Shown here: piece by piece, positions 37,913-51,590 of the stretch
Layout of the letters: each line of letters begins with the position of its first letter
How positions within the stretch are numbered: the stretch's first letter is position 1
Assembly (NCBI GenBank): GCA_964234715.1
Contig: OZ174277.1
DNA: 64,000 nucleotides
Reading direction: 5' to 3' (one strand)
Source: Podarcis melisellensis
Lineage: Eukaryota
Made by a program: the position numbers and the translations under genes
Notes under the pieces: generated by a model
The model's input: the letters and a program-made list of their open reading frames with translations, nothing else
Told to the model about the DNA's origin: nothing
Database searches by the model: none

Positions 37913-39788
37913 TAGGCAGAGAGATAGAAATGCTTGGAACCATTTGAAGCAGGGAAGGCACTGCATCCAAGATACATGCCCACCAAACTGGGGACCTAGT
38001 TTTGGAAGTGAAAGAAGTGGTGCATTTTGAAACTATTAGTCATTCTCCAGACTGAGGAGCTGGATTCAGTTGGGATTGTGAAAAGTAAAGAATTTTATCC
38101 CACTTAAACCAAGCTCCTTGCAAAGTGGGAAACAAGTATTTATTTTTTACGTTTGTGACATCAGTATTCTAAGTGTGAAACAAGTGCAAATCTGCATGAA
38201 GGAGGTAGTTTCCTATCCATCACTGATGCCACTGCCAGAGGTACAGCCCATAAGACTTTATTAGACTTCTGTGTATAATATAAAAATATAGTCAATCATT
38301 GAGTTTTCCTTCTGCAGGACAACAACTTGTAAAAAAGAGATTTTCATCAGTTCTTAACACAAATGGGCAGTAATGAGGAAATGAAAAAAGGGAAAGGAAA
38401 GTTCAAAGAATTTATTTAGCTTTCTAATAGACCCAACATATTTCAAAGAATACTTGCTTCAGGATAACTGAAACAGATAACTAGTACTATATTAAGAACA
38501 CTGAATATTAAAACATCCTTATGTAAGAATATGCATACTATATCAAATATGAAAATAAACAAAATTAACATCCAATATCATTTGAGATGGTGGATGATGC
38601 ACATAATTAGATGTAATGTGTAAAAAGTGTTTCTTGATTGGTGTTGCCCCTCCCCTTTTTTATCATCAGGCAGACTTTGTTGCAGAAGGCAAAAATTCAC
38701 ACTGAAACATGGGAATTAGAGGTTGGGAGAGCAGGAGATTTTGCCTTTCCCCAACATTGCTGAGTACATGCCTTGAGCCCATATACAAAGGCACTACTTG
38801 AGCCCATGAAAAATGCTCCATTTGCTACTTTTTCAGCTTTAACTATATTTGAAAAATTACATGAAAACATACCAAAATAGATTTGGTTCTAACATTACCA
38901 ATTAAACAGCAATGTTCATACATGCCTTAATTTTAACACTGAAACAACTAAATAGAAACAACTTATTTGCACTTACCATTTTTTCTCATTCTATAGATTA
39001 TATCTTCACAAAAATGTGCACTCCACAACCAATATGTTCAATTTTATTTTTATGTAAACTGTTAACAGCTGCCATGTATCTAGTTCCAATTGATAATTTT
39101 ATCTATTTCTTATAAAAGCTGTTAACTTAATCAGATTTTACTGCTCTCACATTTTTTCTATGATTGATTTATTACTCATTCCTTTGGAGAACAGTTGAGT
39201 GCTGTCCCTAGGGAATACTGTGGTAGCATGGGCAAAACCTTTACCCTACTCACAATAGGTAACCTGCTTCCACTCAGAGGAACTAACGAGGGGGAAAAGG
39301 TAGTGCTGATTATTTTGTGTGTCACTGATTGAAAACCCGGGGGGGGGGGGGGGAAGGTAGTCTCACGGACCTGCCATTATTGTAGGGATGTTGGTAGCAA
39401 GTTCACTAGCTATTATGCCACAATATTTTTTAGATACCTGGATAGGTTTTACAAATTTTGCTCAATATTCAAATTTTAAGTAGAATTATTAGTGCTAAAT
39501 AACTGACACCAGTAACCATTCATTAATAGAATGTAAATGTTTCCATTGTTCACACTGGCACAAAACAAGAATTAGATTTGGGACTCAAAGAATTCAAAAA
39601 CGTCTCCTAAAGCATCCACCTCCAATGGAAATCAGTAATGAAGATACATCCCACTCAACTAGCAGAGTCCCTCCTGCACACAGATATTATGGCAGACATG
39701 TAGAAAACCCTAAAAATGATACAACTCAATCTTTAATAAAATATTGATTTACGTGCTTGTTATATATATTCCACCCTCTGTTTTCAAG

Positions 39789-40148
39789 CAGAGGCATACC
39801 TAGGGGTTGGTGAACCCGGCCCCTGCCAGGGGCCCCAAAATTCACCTATCAAGACTATGGAGTGTATGGCGTATATGCATGCAGTGATGCGCTGCTGCTG
39901 CGATCATGGTCAGCTCAAATGCAAGAGAGGTTCCCCATCCTTCTCGCACCACGGTAGAAAGGTGTGCAGACTTTTTTGCCCTTCCTCCTTACCTCACCCT
40001 CACGCCAGATGCTTTGAGTACTTGGGTTGTGTAAAACGTAGTAATCTTTAATTCGGCTGTTGTGGTAAAGTGTTTTTCTTCTGGGTGTGTGTGTGTGTGC
40101 CAATACAGCTCGTTGCCAAGGGCACAAGGAACCCTAGGTAAGCCTCTG
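39789..40148. mobile_element. hAT-type non-autonomous DNA transposon
   Basis: TIRs cagaggcatacctaggg / ccctaggtaagcctctg; imperfect 8-bp TSD ttttcaag/tttccaac. Confidence 0.75.
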
Positions 40149-41487
40149 TTTCCAACTAAAGACTAGTATTTTTAAATTGATAAAAATCAATCTCTAATCC
40201 ACAAATTCCAAAGTGCTACTTTCATAGAATTGTGTGAATGAATCCTTGAGTATCTGCACACCTAGAGTGCTCAGCATTTATTTGAGAGGAACTCCAGAAG
40301 TATCCTTGCTTTTTGCTGTCTTTTAAAAATGGGTACTACATTAATGCAAATCATGTTGGAAATCAGCTTTAGAAAATGAAATTTCCAACTTGCACCACAT
40401 GTATTGATATTTAAATTCAGAAGTTCCCCCACCTTCCTTTCAGAACGATTAAAAAAAATATAGGGTTTCTAGGGAGAAAAACATATCCAAAGTCTGCTCC
40501 TATAGACTACACTGACTGCCCATGAGGCTATCAACTATAATGCAACTAACTCCTAGCCTAATCACACTCACTAACCTTTGGGTGTAGGGCAAATTCCAGT
40601 CTTGGGGTTACAGCAGGGGGCCACATTAGTGACATCACACATCAAAAATAGGCTTCTGCCTCCTGAATGGACTGAAGACTCGTCATAAGATGTCCTAAAA
40701 AAGGAAAATATTTTCTCTCTTTTATAGAATGCTCCCTTAAATTAGCCAATATGCTCCTCGTTTTGGAGTAATCATGGTTACCAGGGCAGCATCTAGAATG
40801 AAATACCAGAAACTGGTATTTGTCTTTAAATGTCATTCTGATTAAACAAGTTGAGAACAATTTAGCATCTTAGTAGTCGTGATGATTTCCATATGCCTAA
40901 AAGTGGGTTTCTGACTGTTTGTATGGAACTTCAAAAGAAAAAGGACTATTTGGCAGAGAATAAGCATACAAAAAGCAACAGAAAAAAGTTATGTAACATC
41001 ACACACAACCAATAACAGCATCACTACTAGTTTCCTTCTACTGTGCTTATTTCACAAACTATTCTGTAAAATGTTAATTTGCTAGGTGAAAGGGCAACTC
41101 TGGAAAAGATACTATAGCTACACAACTCAGCCTCCATAAGTTTACATATGTAAACAACAAAGAAAATGGAATTACCGGTAATACCCAATGTTTTTGATTA
41201 AGTATCTGAACCACTGGAATGTGGGGATAGGGATACTTGTTCAATATCCTGTGTTCATAGGAGAAAGAGCATTACTACAGGACATCAGAAAATTTCAATA
41301 ACAACTGCCCTGAAGGCTTTGAAATCAGCTGGAGTATTGCATCGCTATGAAAACAAGCACCGTGACAGTGATCGTAACCTTAAATTGCAGTTTAAATAGA
41401 CACCAAGGACTAATAGAAGGCTTAGAGACCTTATCCTCTTCAAAACTGTCCAAAAGACTTACCTGACATATAAAGGAATAAAGGGAG

Positions 41488-41528
41488 ATGCCCAGAGTGA
41501 CTGGGGAAACGCAGCCAGATGGGTGGGG

Positions 41529-41584
<56 letters not shown>

Positions 41585-41585
41585 T
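41488..41585 (+). mobile_element. Very short L2 3' end with (ATT)n tail
   Basis: tgcccagagtgactggggaaacgcagccagatgggtggggta plus about 17 ATT units; same terminus type as 18863-18891. Confidence 0.75.
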
Positions 41586-43999
41586 CAGTTTCATTTAAAG
41601 TTTGTACCTCTTTTATTACTCAACTGCCTAGATTTGGTAGAAAAAACTTCCGTCATCCTCGGTAAACATTTGCTAAGTTTTACAACTGGTAGAGAGAATC
41701 TCTACTGAAGGTGAATATCCCTGGCGTTCCTTAAACCAATGAACTGGTTTGCCAATGAACCCTGGCAAAAAGCGAGTGATGGCTACGGCTAAAGCCTGAT
41801 GAAACTTAAAAAAAGACAAACTCATTTCTAATTTCACCGAACAGGGTATCTACATGGCCTGCCCCTAAGGAACCCCTTCAAACTCCTCATGGATACATAA
41901 GATAATTCTATGCATTCATTTAGGACTGCAGCTGGTCAGAAAAGGAAATTGAGGCTCTGTGCTGCAACTCTTTGAAATGCCTCCATCTCTTAGAGAAAAC
42001 CTTTGGATCCTTATGCAAACTCATGAAGCAATTCATATTCCGATTTGAAAGTGGCCCTGCAGAGGAGTCAACAAACTTGTCTGTGGTTACCTTGGCAACA
42101 CCCTGCTGGCTCTTCAGAGGTTGGGGAGATTCAGGTCTATAAGGAGAAACATTTAACCTAATATTCTAGTGCCTTCAGAAAAAGAGTGGGAAAACGCCTC
42201 AGCTTGAGGACTATCCCCTGTCTCTAACCAAAGGGTTCATATCCCTGTCTGAAATGGGCACACTTAATCTCTAGTGTGAAAAGGTTGGAGGAAATAACTT
42301 GATAACCACTCAACACAGTAGGAACACTCTGGCGGTTCAGATTACCCTGATGCAACCGTGTTTATGCTACACAATCAAGTAGCTTCACTCCTTGGCCCCT
42401 GAAATTTTAGGGGTGGAAAACAAGAAATATGATACCTTAATTCCTGTTTGGGGGGGTCTTATGAATACCTCCTGTGTAACTGATGCAATCTCCCCAAATT
42501 TCTGATTAGCATCCTTTTTATCCAGCTGAGAAACTCTGGGTAAAGGGAATGTACATCACCCATTAAGGCAGGAGCCTTACATACAAGTGACTACACTATG
42601 AAGCTTCATTCCACTCAGGGCTGACCAGTTTCTGAAACAGAATGGGAGCAGAAACAGCTGTTCCATGAGGCTTTGCATCAGGAAAACTGGTGCTTCTGTG
42701 ATATAGAAGAGGCAGGATTCTCAGCTGGGGCACTGAGATCCTGTACTGCCATGGCCTTACAATATAAGTGTAGGCATTGTTTGACCTGAAAACAGTCTAT
42801 TAGAGACCATTTCTTTCTTTCATTTATTTGCATTCAGAAACAACACTCCAGTCCCATTTAGTCTCTCACAGATCTAATGCAGGGTCCACAACGTCTTTCA
42901 GTTGTTAAAACTGGACAGCTCTTTACACTTTGAAATAGCTAAGCCCTGCAGCACTGCATGAAAACCTGGAAACTTTACTTCTAACCTCCTCAGACAATGG
43001 CCATTTGAGAGGAACTTCCTCAGGGAATGACAGCCCTGGCAACCAGAAAGTAAACCAAAGCAGCTGAAAGAATAGGAATATTTTATGCCCCAACGATGGA
43101 AATCCTTTGCGGGGTTTGTTTTTTGTTTGTTTTTTGCAATAAACCAGAAAGGAGAGTTCCCTTTATTTGATTCAGGACTTCAGGATATCAAAGAGATGGA
43201 AATTGGTGTTTAGCCTGCTGGACAGATCCAGGTAAGTCTTTATATAAGTCTGACAACAGTGCCTCTTTGAATTGCTGAAGCTTTTCAGTATTCAGCTGAG
43301 GATGAGGTAGAGCCACACCAAGAGTATGTCAGGGGGAAATAGCAGTAGTGATGAAGCACTAGGCATACTTGACAGTTTTGATTACCTGTACTGATATTTG
43401 TGTAACCAAGCCTGAAGAAAAGAGCGGTAAATTAGACCAGACTCCTTTTGGTGGGCTGCCTTTGACATGGCAGCTTTAGAGGCTCTCTCAGCTACATGAC
43501 TTAGCAGTTATATTACCTGGGACACAATGAAGGATAGTAGCCTCACCCAATGAGAATGGATTCAGAGCTGGAGCCCTGCACACCAGAAGTTGATGCCAAC
43601 TGAGAAATGCAGTGATTAAGTAGAGACTTATACATTGCCATAAGGGTTTTAGCCTTCAGCAGTGTTTTCTTGGCCCACTATTTCCTCAAAGTTGCAGCAG
43701 CAAATTGTCTGGAACCAATGGGGGAACCATAATCCAGTAGTTGCTGGCCATTGCTTGGCAGGATAGGTGATCTACGGTAACTAAGCGCAGATCTCCTGTG
43801 GTTGATAGTTCAGAGCTCTGGTGGGGCTTCAAAAATGGCAGGAAGGAGAACATAGCAGCTGTTAAAAATTCCTCACACAGCCATAGAACACTAAGCTGCC
43901 TATCTAAGAAAAGGGGGAAAGGAAGCAATATGACCAAAAAGAAAAAGTCAAAAAGAAACAACTAAGTTGCCAGAGAGGAAGGAAAAAATGTAGTGGGAA

Positions 44000-44400
44000 A
44001 TAACAACCAAATTCCCCACAATCAACAAAATACCCCTGCAAGATGCAAACATTAACCTACGCAAGACACCCTAAACTCAGAATGAGAGATAGCTCACACT
44101 AGCTTTTGCCTCACACAAATAACATGACAGACACAACCTTTTTTAAAAAAAACAAGCAATACCAACAGCACAAAGACAAATTCCAGAAACACAGGTACAC
44201 AGACAAACACAGTCAAGACGTAAGTCTGAGCCAAGCTGAATGAAGAGTTTGGGACACGACATCTCAGCACAAAGGCAGGAATAAAAAACTGCTGGGGGCT
44301 GGTCAGTTGGGAGGAAAACTCAAATTCAGCGGCAATCCTGCCTTCAAGTGCTAGAGGGAGCTCATACCCCACCTGAGAGCATCTTCATCCAAAGGATAAA
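44000..44400. mobile_element. Unclassified interspersed repeat, copy 2 (diverged relative of 29490-30150)
   Basis: Shared terminal block of about 110 bp and similar AC-rich interior; left boundary approximate. Confidence 0.55.
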
Positions 44401-46860
44401 CATGCTGTATTTGCTAAGCTTTGTCCCTGCTTATCAGCATAACTCATAAGTCCAACTTGCCAAAATTTACTGTGGGGATAACAAGCAGATTAGAAATAGC
44501 ACCACAAATATTCATTAACTGCTTCCAGGTTAGAGCTCTTATTGCTGCTGGAATGTTGCTCTTGTGTGATAAATTGGTAGTGATGCCACTCTGAATATAA
44601 TAAAGCACTTCACGTAGAAAATGATCAGTTTTCTAAAACGGTGTTATTCCTCCTAGCTGCACATATTGGGCCTCCTTCCTCTACTCCTCTCCCCTTCTAA
44701 GACAGGAACATTTTAATACCACAATACAGAATAAAATAGCCCAGATTGGAAGGGGGCATTATGGATCCAAGCCAAATATATTCACAACAGTTTGGTCATC
44801 GCAAGGGTTATGTTGGCACAAGTGTCCACAGTCAACACTCAGTTATATAATAAGGAAAACTTACAAATGTTACTACCACTTTCACATGATACATGATTTC
44901 TTAGATACTGTATGGCTTTTTTTTTTTTTTTTGCAATCTGCATGTTGGAAGAATATTGAAACTGCCCTTAGCCAATGTTCATGAAGTAAGAATCCATAGC
45001 AGCCAATGATTCAATAGCTGTCTTATTTTTACTTTAAGTACAAATAATGTTACCAGAAACCATGCATCCAAACAGAAATAGGAAGGATACCCTTCAAATA
45101 GGCTGCTTCTACTGTTCATTTGCAAGTTTAAAATTACTCATTACTAAGGCAGTTTTCAATTGCATCTGAAATCCCACACAGAATTGTGACATTACATAGA
45201 ACAAGACATGTGAAATGAAGTAGTAAAATAGTTATGTGTCACATTTTTTGTAGAGTAAATATAGCATAAGAAATTCTTGACTCTATCAAAAAAAGAAGTA
45301 TGCAATAACAGTCTATTACCAAAGACTGCATTGTTATAGCAACTCTAGCTTCCATAGCTGGCATGCATGACAATATGTAATCAGAAGCCCAATATTCTGC
45401 AACCAAAAAGTTATATTTTAGAAAAAACAAAGTTTAATTATCTGATGATTAAGAAGACAGGACAAGTTAGAATTTAAAGTTTCCTGCTATAAAAAAAATG
45501 AGGGTGAACCTCCTCACTTTACCTCTTTTGTGCCTGCAAGGAGATTCAAAGCTCCTGCTTTCTATTTTAGTTGAAATTTCTCACAATATCCAAACTTAGA
45601 AAATGGGGGGTTGTTGAAACTATGGTTTGAAAACAAGTCAGGATGTGAAATCATGGGTCTAAACCAATTTGTTCTCTCTAGTCATGAAAACAAACAAGTT
45701 TTTCCACGTTTGGACACCAAGGGGAACTGTGGTTACTTGAAAATCAAAAGCTTCTCTTTGTGGTTACAAAAGAAACAGTGAATGGAAATGGAGAATATGA
45801 CCCATGGCTTTGTTCCTCATAGGCTACATCAAGGATGAGTCTAATTCCTGTCCTTGGCGAAATTTAAATACACAGCAAGAAACCAAAAACATCTCCCCTT
45901 TTAGCTCACATGTTATTTATATAGATTTTTTATTTAACCATTAGAAAAAAGTAACCATAAGGGCTCAATTTGTCACTTTACTGTGCTCCTATTTCCCTTC
46001 TTCATATCCAAACTTCCTGCATAGACTGCAGACTTTTAAACTATAATTACCGTAGTATTAATCTTAGGATACTATAAACACAACAGCTGAATTGAGGACT
46101 CCTAGAATATTGAAAAATACTTATTTCACACATTATTCAGCATCACAATATATATATTCATTTTCCCAATGAAAAAAGAAATGGTTCAACTGCAATAAAA
46201 AAGTTCAGTCTTGTACATGTTTTCTCTTTACGCATTTACAGCAGTAAGTACCAAACAGGATATATGCAGTACTGTGTGAAGCAGTTCTCAGTGTCCCAAG
46301 CTATGAGGTAAAGTGACTAAAAGAAAGAGGATTATGATGATAGCTGCAAGTCAGCAGTGTAATCAGAATACTGAAAGTTTATGCACATGAACCAGAAGAG
46401 AACTTGTCGAGAGGTATTTATTTATGGTATTCCTTTATAGGAATATAATCCAGGGCAGTTGGTAATAAGAATACGATACAATTACATAACCTAAGTACTA
46501 CAAAAAAACAGAAACAGAATCGCCAACTCTCCACCATTTTGTGGTGAGGCAGCATTGTGCCACTGACATGGAGAAAAGCTGCGGGGAGGTCTCCCTCCCT
46601 GGTTGGGTGGTTGGCCACACTGCATTCTACCTGGCCTGACTCTGGAGGCCAATCAGCCTGACCTCAGGGGGAAGGCTTGTGAAATGGATCAATGTGAGAA
46701 TTTATTCCTGCTGGTCCATTCCTATGGTATAAATAAAGCCCAGGCTATAGGGACGTGGGTGGTGCTGTGGTCTGAACCACTGTTTGCATGGATTAGAGTG
46801 CTAGAATTCTGAAGTATACCTGGAGAGAACTAGAAACAGTCAAAATTGAAGACGTCTTCA

Positions 46861-47168
46861 GACGTGGGTGGCTCTGTGAGTTAAGCCAGAGCCTAGGGGT
46901 TGCCGATCAAAAGGTTGGTGGTTTGAATCTTCGGGACGGGGTGAGCTCCCGTTGCTCGGTCCCTGCTCCTGCAAACCTAGCAGTTCGAAAGCACATCAAA
47001 GTGCAAGTAGATAAATAGGTACCGCTCTGGTGGGAAGGTAAACGGCGTTTCCGTGTGCTGCTCTGGTTTGCTGTACGCCGGCTCCCTCGGCCAGTAAAGC
47101 GAGATGAGCGCCGCAACCCCAGAGTCAGTCACGACTGGACCTAACGGTCAGGGGTCCCTTTGCCTTTT
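46861..47168 (+). mobile_element. Sauria SINE, with a separate 5'-head fragment at 46750-46782
   Basis: gacgtgggtggc.ctgtg head; ggggtgagctcccgttgctcggtccc; cctagcagttcgaaagcac...gtgcaagtagataaataggtaccgct; 3' end ggtcaggggtccctttgcctttt. Confidence 0.92.
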
Positions 47169-48899
47169 ATAGCACTAGTATTGGAATTGTCAGTTTTCCA
47201 ACCCACGTTCCTTTTGCTAGGTGTGATTTTGCTGTGGACATTTGTTGGAAAGACATTATACTGTCTTAATTGGCCTAACTAGGCTGAAAGGTTTTTGCCT
47301 ACCTCAAAGAGAGGAAGCAGTTGTATTTATGTTTCAGCCATATCAGGTTTTTTTGAGTGGGAGTGCGCTGGACAGGATCTGAAGCTTATGAGGGGACCCC
47401 AGTGGGGTCTTGAAGATGGCACTTTAAAGACTATGGCTCTAGGCTCAGAGGGGTAAGATGGGTGAATGGCTGCCACACACTCAGGTTCATAGCAGGACTC
47501 ACAGTAGCAGCTATGGTTGCCCAGTAGGTGGGCTGGGCTGGGAGATGTGTATGCCCGATACAGATTCTTGCCTGTTGCTGTGCCAAACTCCAATATGTTG
47601 TGATCAGTAAAATTATGGCCATGTTTAATCCCCATTCTCCTTGTGCCAATTGCTCCCCAAAACCATGCCTAGAAGCACATAGCCAACAATTAACAGAAAA
47701 GCATTTTTCAAATTCCCTACTTCATTAATCCAGAGAGCAGAATGGATGAGTCAGTTATGGTGTTTAAGATAATCAGTTCCTTTTCCACAGATCTAAAAAT
47801 GTCACTTCATTTAAAATGCAAATGTATAGTTGCTGGCCCAAACTAGTCACTGCTGAACCTAAACACATAATGGTTTGCTAAAGCTTTCTTCATTTTCTGA
47901 CGTTCATACACATTTAATTATAGGAGGAAACTGTTTCTCGTCCACTCCACACTTTAGACACAGATACAGATGCTTTCTGAGGTTCTAGAAAAACCAAACT
48001 GGGAACCTGTAATGAACTGGGGTGGGGAATGGGGAGTGAGAAGCAGATAAGCAAGGATTGCTACTTGTTTACCCTGACATCCCTCCACATCATTGGAGGA
48101 TAGAGACACATCAGAGAATGCTTAGCCTGAGTGTAATTGCACCCTTACTACACCCTTGATTGCTTCAACTGTACAGAAATATAGCCTCTCTCTGTCACCA
48201 AAGTATAGAGATAGCTGGGCTAAGAAAAATATATAACCCTCTTCCATAGTCACCTTAGAAGCCAATCTTCCTATCCATCCCTTTTTGCAGGGCAAAAAAA
48301 CTGCTTAGACTGAAGCCTGTGTATTGCTGTCTGATGAACGCGACACCATACAGCAGCATGAGAGAAGCATACATGTGCAATCTTTACTGTAGCCACTTTC
48401 TTGTGGGAGGGGGGAGGTTGGTCTATCCAAACCTCTGACATTTTCCTGCATTTCTCTCCTAATCTCTCCACCCCCATTTCCCCATGTCTTCAACATTAAC
48501 ATTCAGATGCTGTAGTTAAGAACTATAAAATACACACACTACACTGAAGTCCATATAGCACATGCAAGTTTAGCAACCTCAGAAACGTTATTCCCAAATC
48601 TGTTGCTATCTTATGAAGTTTTTTTTTCAGCAATGCTTCAATGTGTTAATGTATGAATCTGTGTAACTTGTATACATATATAATAGAATCATAGAATTGT
48701 AGTGCCCTCCAGATGTTGTGGATGAAAACGCCTGTCAATCCCAGTCAGCACAGCTAAAACATGTTAAATGCAACAGGTTGGGGGAGATCGTTCCAGACAA
48801 ACACAAGCAAATAACTATGTTTCTAATGTTAAACTACAAAACTGCTTTAATTCTAATATCATGAGTACAAAAACCTGCCAGATTAATAACTTCAGTTAC

Positions 48900-48983
48900 C
48901 TCGTCATGTGTGTATCTGTAATCTGCCTTCTTGCATTTGAGGTCCCATAATGCTACTGTTCCTGATTCAAAACCAATCAATAG
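48900..48983 (-). CDS. STXBP5: STXBP5 exon 7 (84 nt): LLIGFESGTVALWDLKCKKADYRYTHDE
   Basis: TTACAG acceptor, GTAACT donor, phase 0-0. Confidence 0.96.
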
Positions 48984-49786
48984 CTGTAATAAATAACCAA
49001 AGAAAATATTAATTTTCTGGGAGTGAAAATGAGTTATTTCTAGTACCTGAATACATGTGATTCAATTCTAAAAATTTCTGGATTAAAATGCAAATGTTAA
49101 GGACAATTATAGAAGCATAATACTAAAAGGTAACAGTATCCTAAAACTGTAACAATACTATCAGAGACACCAAAAGATGAAATATATTTTAAATACTAAA
49201 CCCAGTGTTTAGGACATGCCTACTGACAGACTATTCCGACATAAAAGAAATATACAGATACTATGATATGCAATTTCAAAGACTGTTTAAAGTACACTTG
49301 AATTGTCAGAAAAATACAGACAAATAGTCTCATGGTTGCTTCAGTCTCAATCGAATTAAATGAATCCACCCATGGATGAACACGCAGAGGTATTAAATCT
49401 AGGAAATAAAGATCACCACAGACTGAAACTCCCAGCTTGTGGCAAACCATTTATATGAAGCAGATGCAGTGTAGTGAACTGAATTATTTTGCATGCATAG
49501 TCTGATTATTACCCTGAAGAAACACTAATCTTAAAACTTGATACAAGCTTGATTAGGAAAAATAAATTACCTGAGTCCTTATTTGATTTTCTGCAATGCT
49601 TTTACTGCAATTATTTGTATGCCTTAAACAGATTTTATATATGTATATAGTCCTAATTCTATTAATGTTTAATTGGTTTTTAATTATTCTTTTTTATGTT
49701 TTTATCAATTCCTATTATAATCTGTAAGGCACCTTGAATCCTATCAGGGAAAAATGTGAGGTATAAATACTACTGCTGCTGCTACT

Positions 49787-50804
49787 TCTTGTTGTTTAGT
49801 CATTTAGTCGTGTCCAACTCTTTGTGACCCTCATGGACCAGAACATGCCAGGCACTCCTGTCTTCCACTTCCTCCCGCAGTTTGGTCAAACTCATGTTGG
49901 TAGCTTTGAGAACACTGTCCAACCATCTTGCCCCCTTCTTCTTGTGCCCTCCATCTTTTCCAACATCAGGGTCTTTTCCAGGGAGTCTCTTCTCATGAGG
50001 TGGCCAAAGTATTGGAGCCTCAGCTTCACAATCTGTCCTTCCAGTGAGCACTCAGGGCTGATTTCCTTCAGAATGGATACGTTTGATATTCTTGGAGTCC
50101 ATGGGTCTCTCAAGAGTCTCCTCCAGCACCATAATTCTAAAGCATAAATTCTTTGGCGATCAGCCTTCTTTATGGTCCAGCTCTCACTTCCATACATCAC
50201 TACTGGGAAAACCATAGCTTTAACTATACGGACCTTTGTTGGCAAGGTGATGTCTCTGCTTTTTAAGATGCTGTCTAGGCTCGTCATTGCTTTTCTCCCA
50301 AGAAACAGGTGTCTTTTAATTTTGTGACTGCTGTCACCATCTGCAGTGATCATGGAGCCCAAGAAAGTAAAATCTCGCACTGCCTCCATTTCTTCCCCTT
50401 CTATTTGCCAGGAGATGATGGGACCAGTGGCCATGATCTTCGTTTTTTGATGTTGAGCTTCAAGGTTGTGTCATCTGCATATCGGAGGTTGTTGATATTT
50501 CTTCCGGCAATCTTAATTCCAGTTTGGGATTCATCCAGCCCAGCCTTTCGCATGATGAATTCCACATTTAAGTTAAATAAGCAGGGAGACAATATACAGC
50601 CTTGCCATACTCCTTTCCCAATATGAACCAATCAGTTATTCCATATCCAGTTCCAACTGTAACTTCTTGTCCCACATAGAGATTTCTCAGGAGACGGATG
50701 AGGTGATCAGGCACTCCCATTTCTTTAAGAACTTGCCATAGTTTGCTGTAGTTGACACAGTCAAATGCTTTTGCATAGTCAATGAAGCAGAAGTAGATGT
50801 TTTT
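49787..50804 (-). mobile_element. BovB/RTE LINE, 5'-truncated, about 1 kb, with internal deletion
   Basis: Minus ORFs contain GVWQGCILSPCLFN, NNLRYADDTTL and KAMVFPVVMYGSESWTIKKA...LQYFGHLMRR; 3' end GGACACGACTAAA...CAACAA; 11-bp TSD ctgctgctact at 49776-49786 and 50805-50815. Confidence 0.95.
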
Positions 50805-51419
50805 CTGCTGCTACTACTATTACTAAATTCCCCAATATGGTTTGTTTCCTCCTCTTCTTCAAGTATGCAGGGTCACCTGCCACTTATCACATTGCAACTA
50901 GACTTAAAACGTAGAATATTCTAAATGACTCACTACCAAAAGGGTCAAAGGAAAAGATTGACCCTAATGTAAATAAATAAGAACCAATTCAGATATGCAG
51001 AAAGATACACCCTAGACTGTACAAATACAGGAATATTCAAATGCAACTCCATCAAAAAAAAAACCACACTGCATGATGAAAACTATGTAACAGGAAAAGT
51101 GGCTGTTTTGTGTTTTTAAGACACAGTTCTAATATGCATTTTGCCCTTTTAAGACACAGAAAAACTGAAATAAAATATCTCACCTGTGCCTGAAGTGGTT
51201 TGTTTTAATTTTGTGCAATGCTCCTTTATTGCGAACTCAAAAATAAAAATTCTGTTTTTGTAGTTTGTGTACATTTAAGGTGGACCATATTACATCGACT
51301 TGAATATTAGTTTTTAGCATGGAGACTGCACATGGTATTGAACTAAAAGTTTTTGCAGTCTTTCACAGAAGAAATATAAAACCAGACCACCAAAAGTAAT
51401 CAGCTCTTGAATTGAAATA

Positions 51420-51590
51420 CAGGCAGCTCCCCAGTCGCGCATAACCACAACATGTGTGACACACACACCATTTTTGGTGCCCAAAGGGGGTGGAATGGGG
51501 GTGGGAGCAAAACGGGAAGGACTTGCGCACGTCCCACTGATGTGTGCAGTGGCCACGAACGGAAGCCTCGCGTAAGCGGGGATTCCCCTG
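51420..51590. mobile_element. Probable mariner-type MITE
   Basis: TA flanks on both sides, imperfect TIRs cagg.agctcccc / ggggattcccctg, locally CpG-rich. Confidence 0.45.

Noticed and set aside
41600-43990. Long stretch that may be a decayed retroelement interior
   Set aside because: No RT, integrase or endonuclease motifs or termini could be identified by eye
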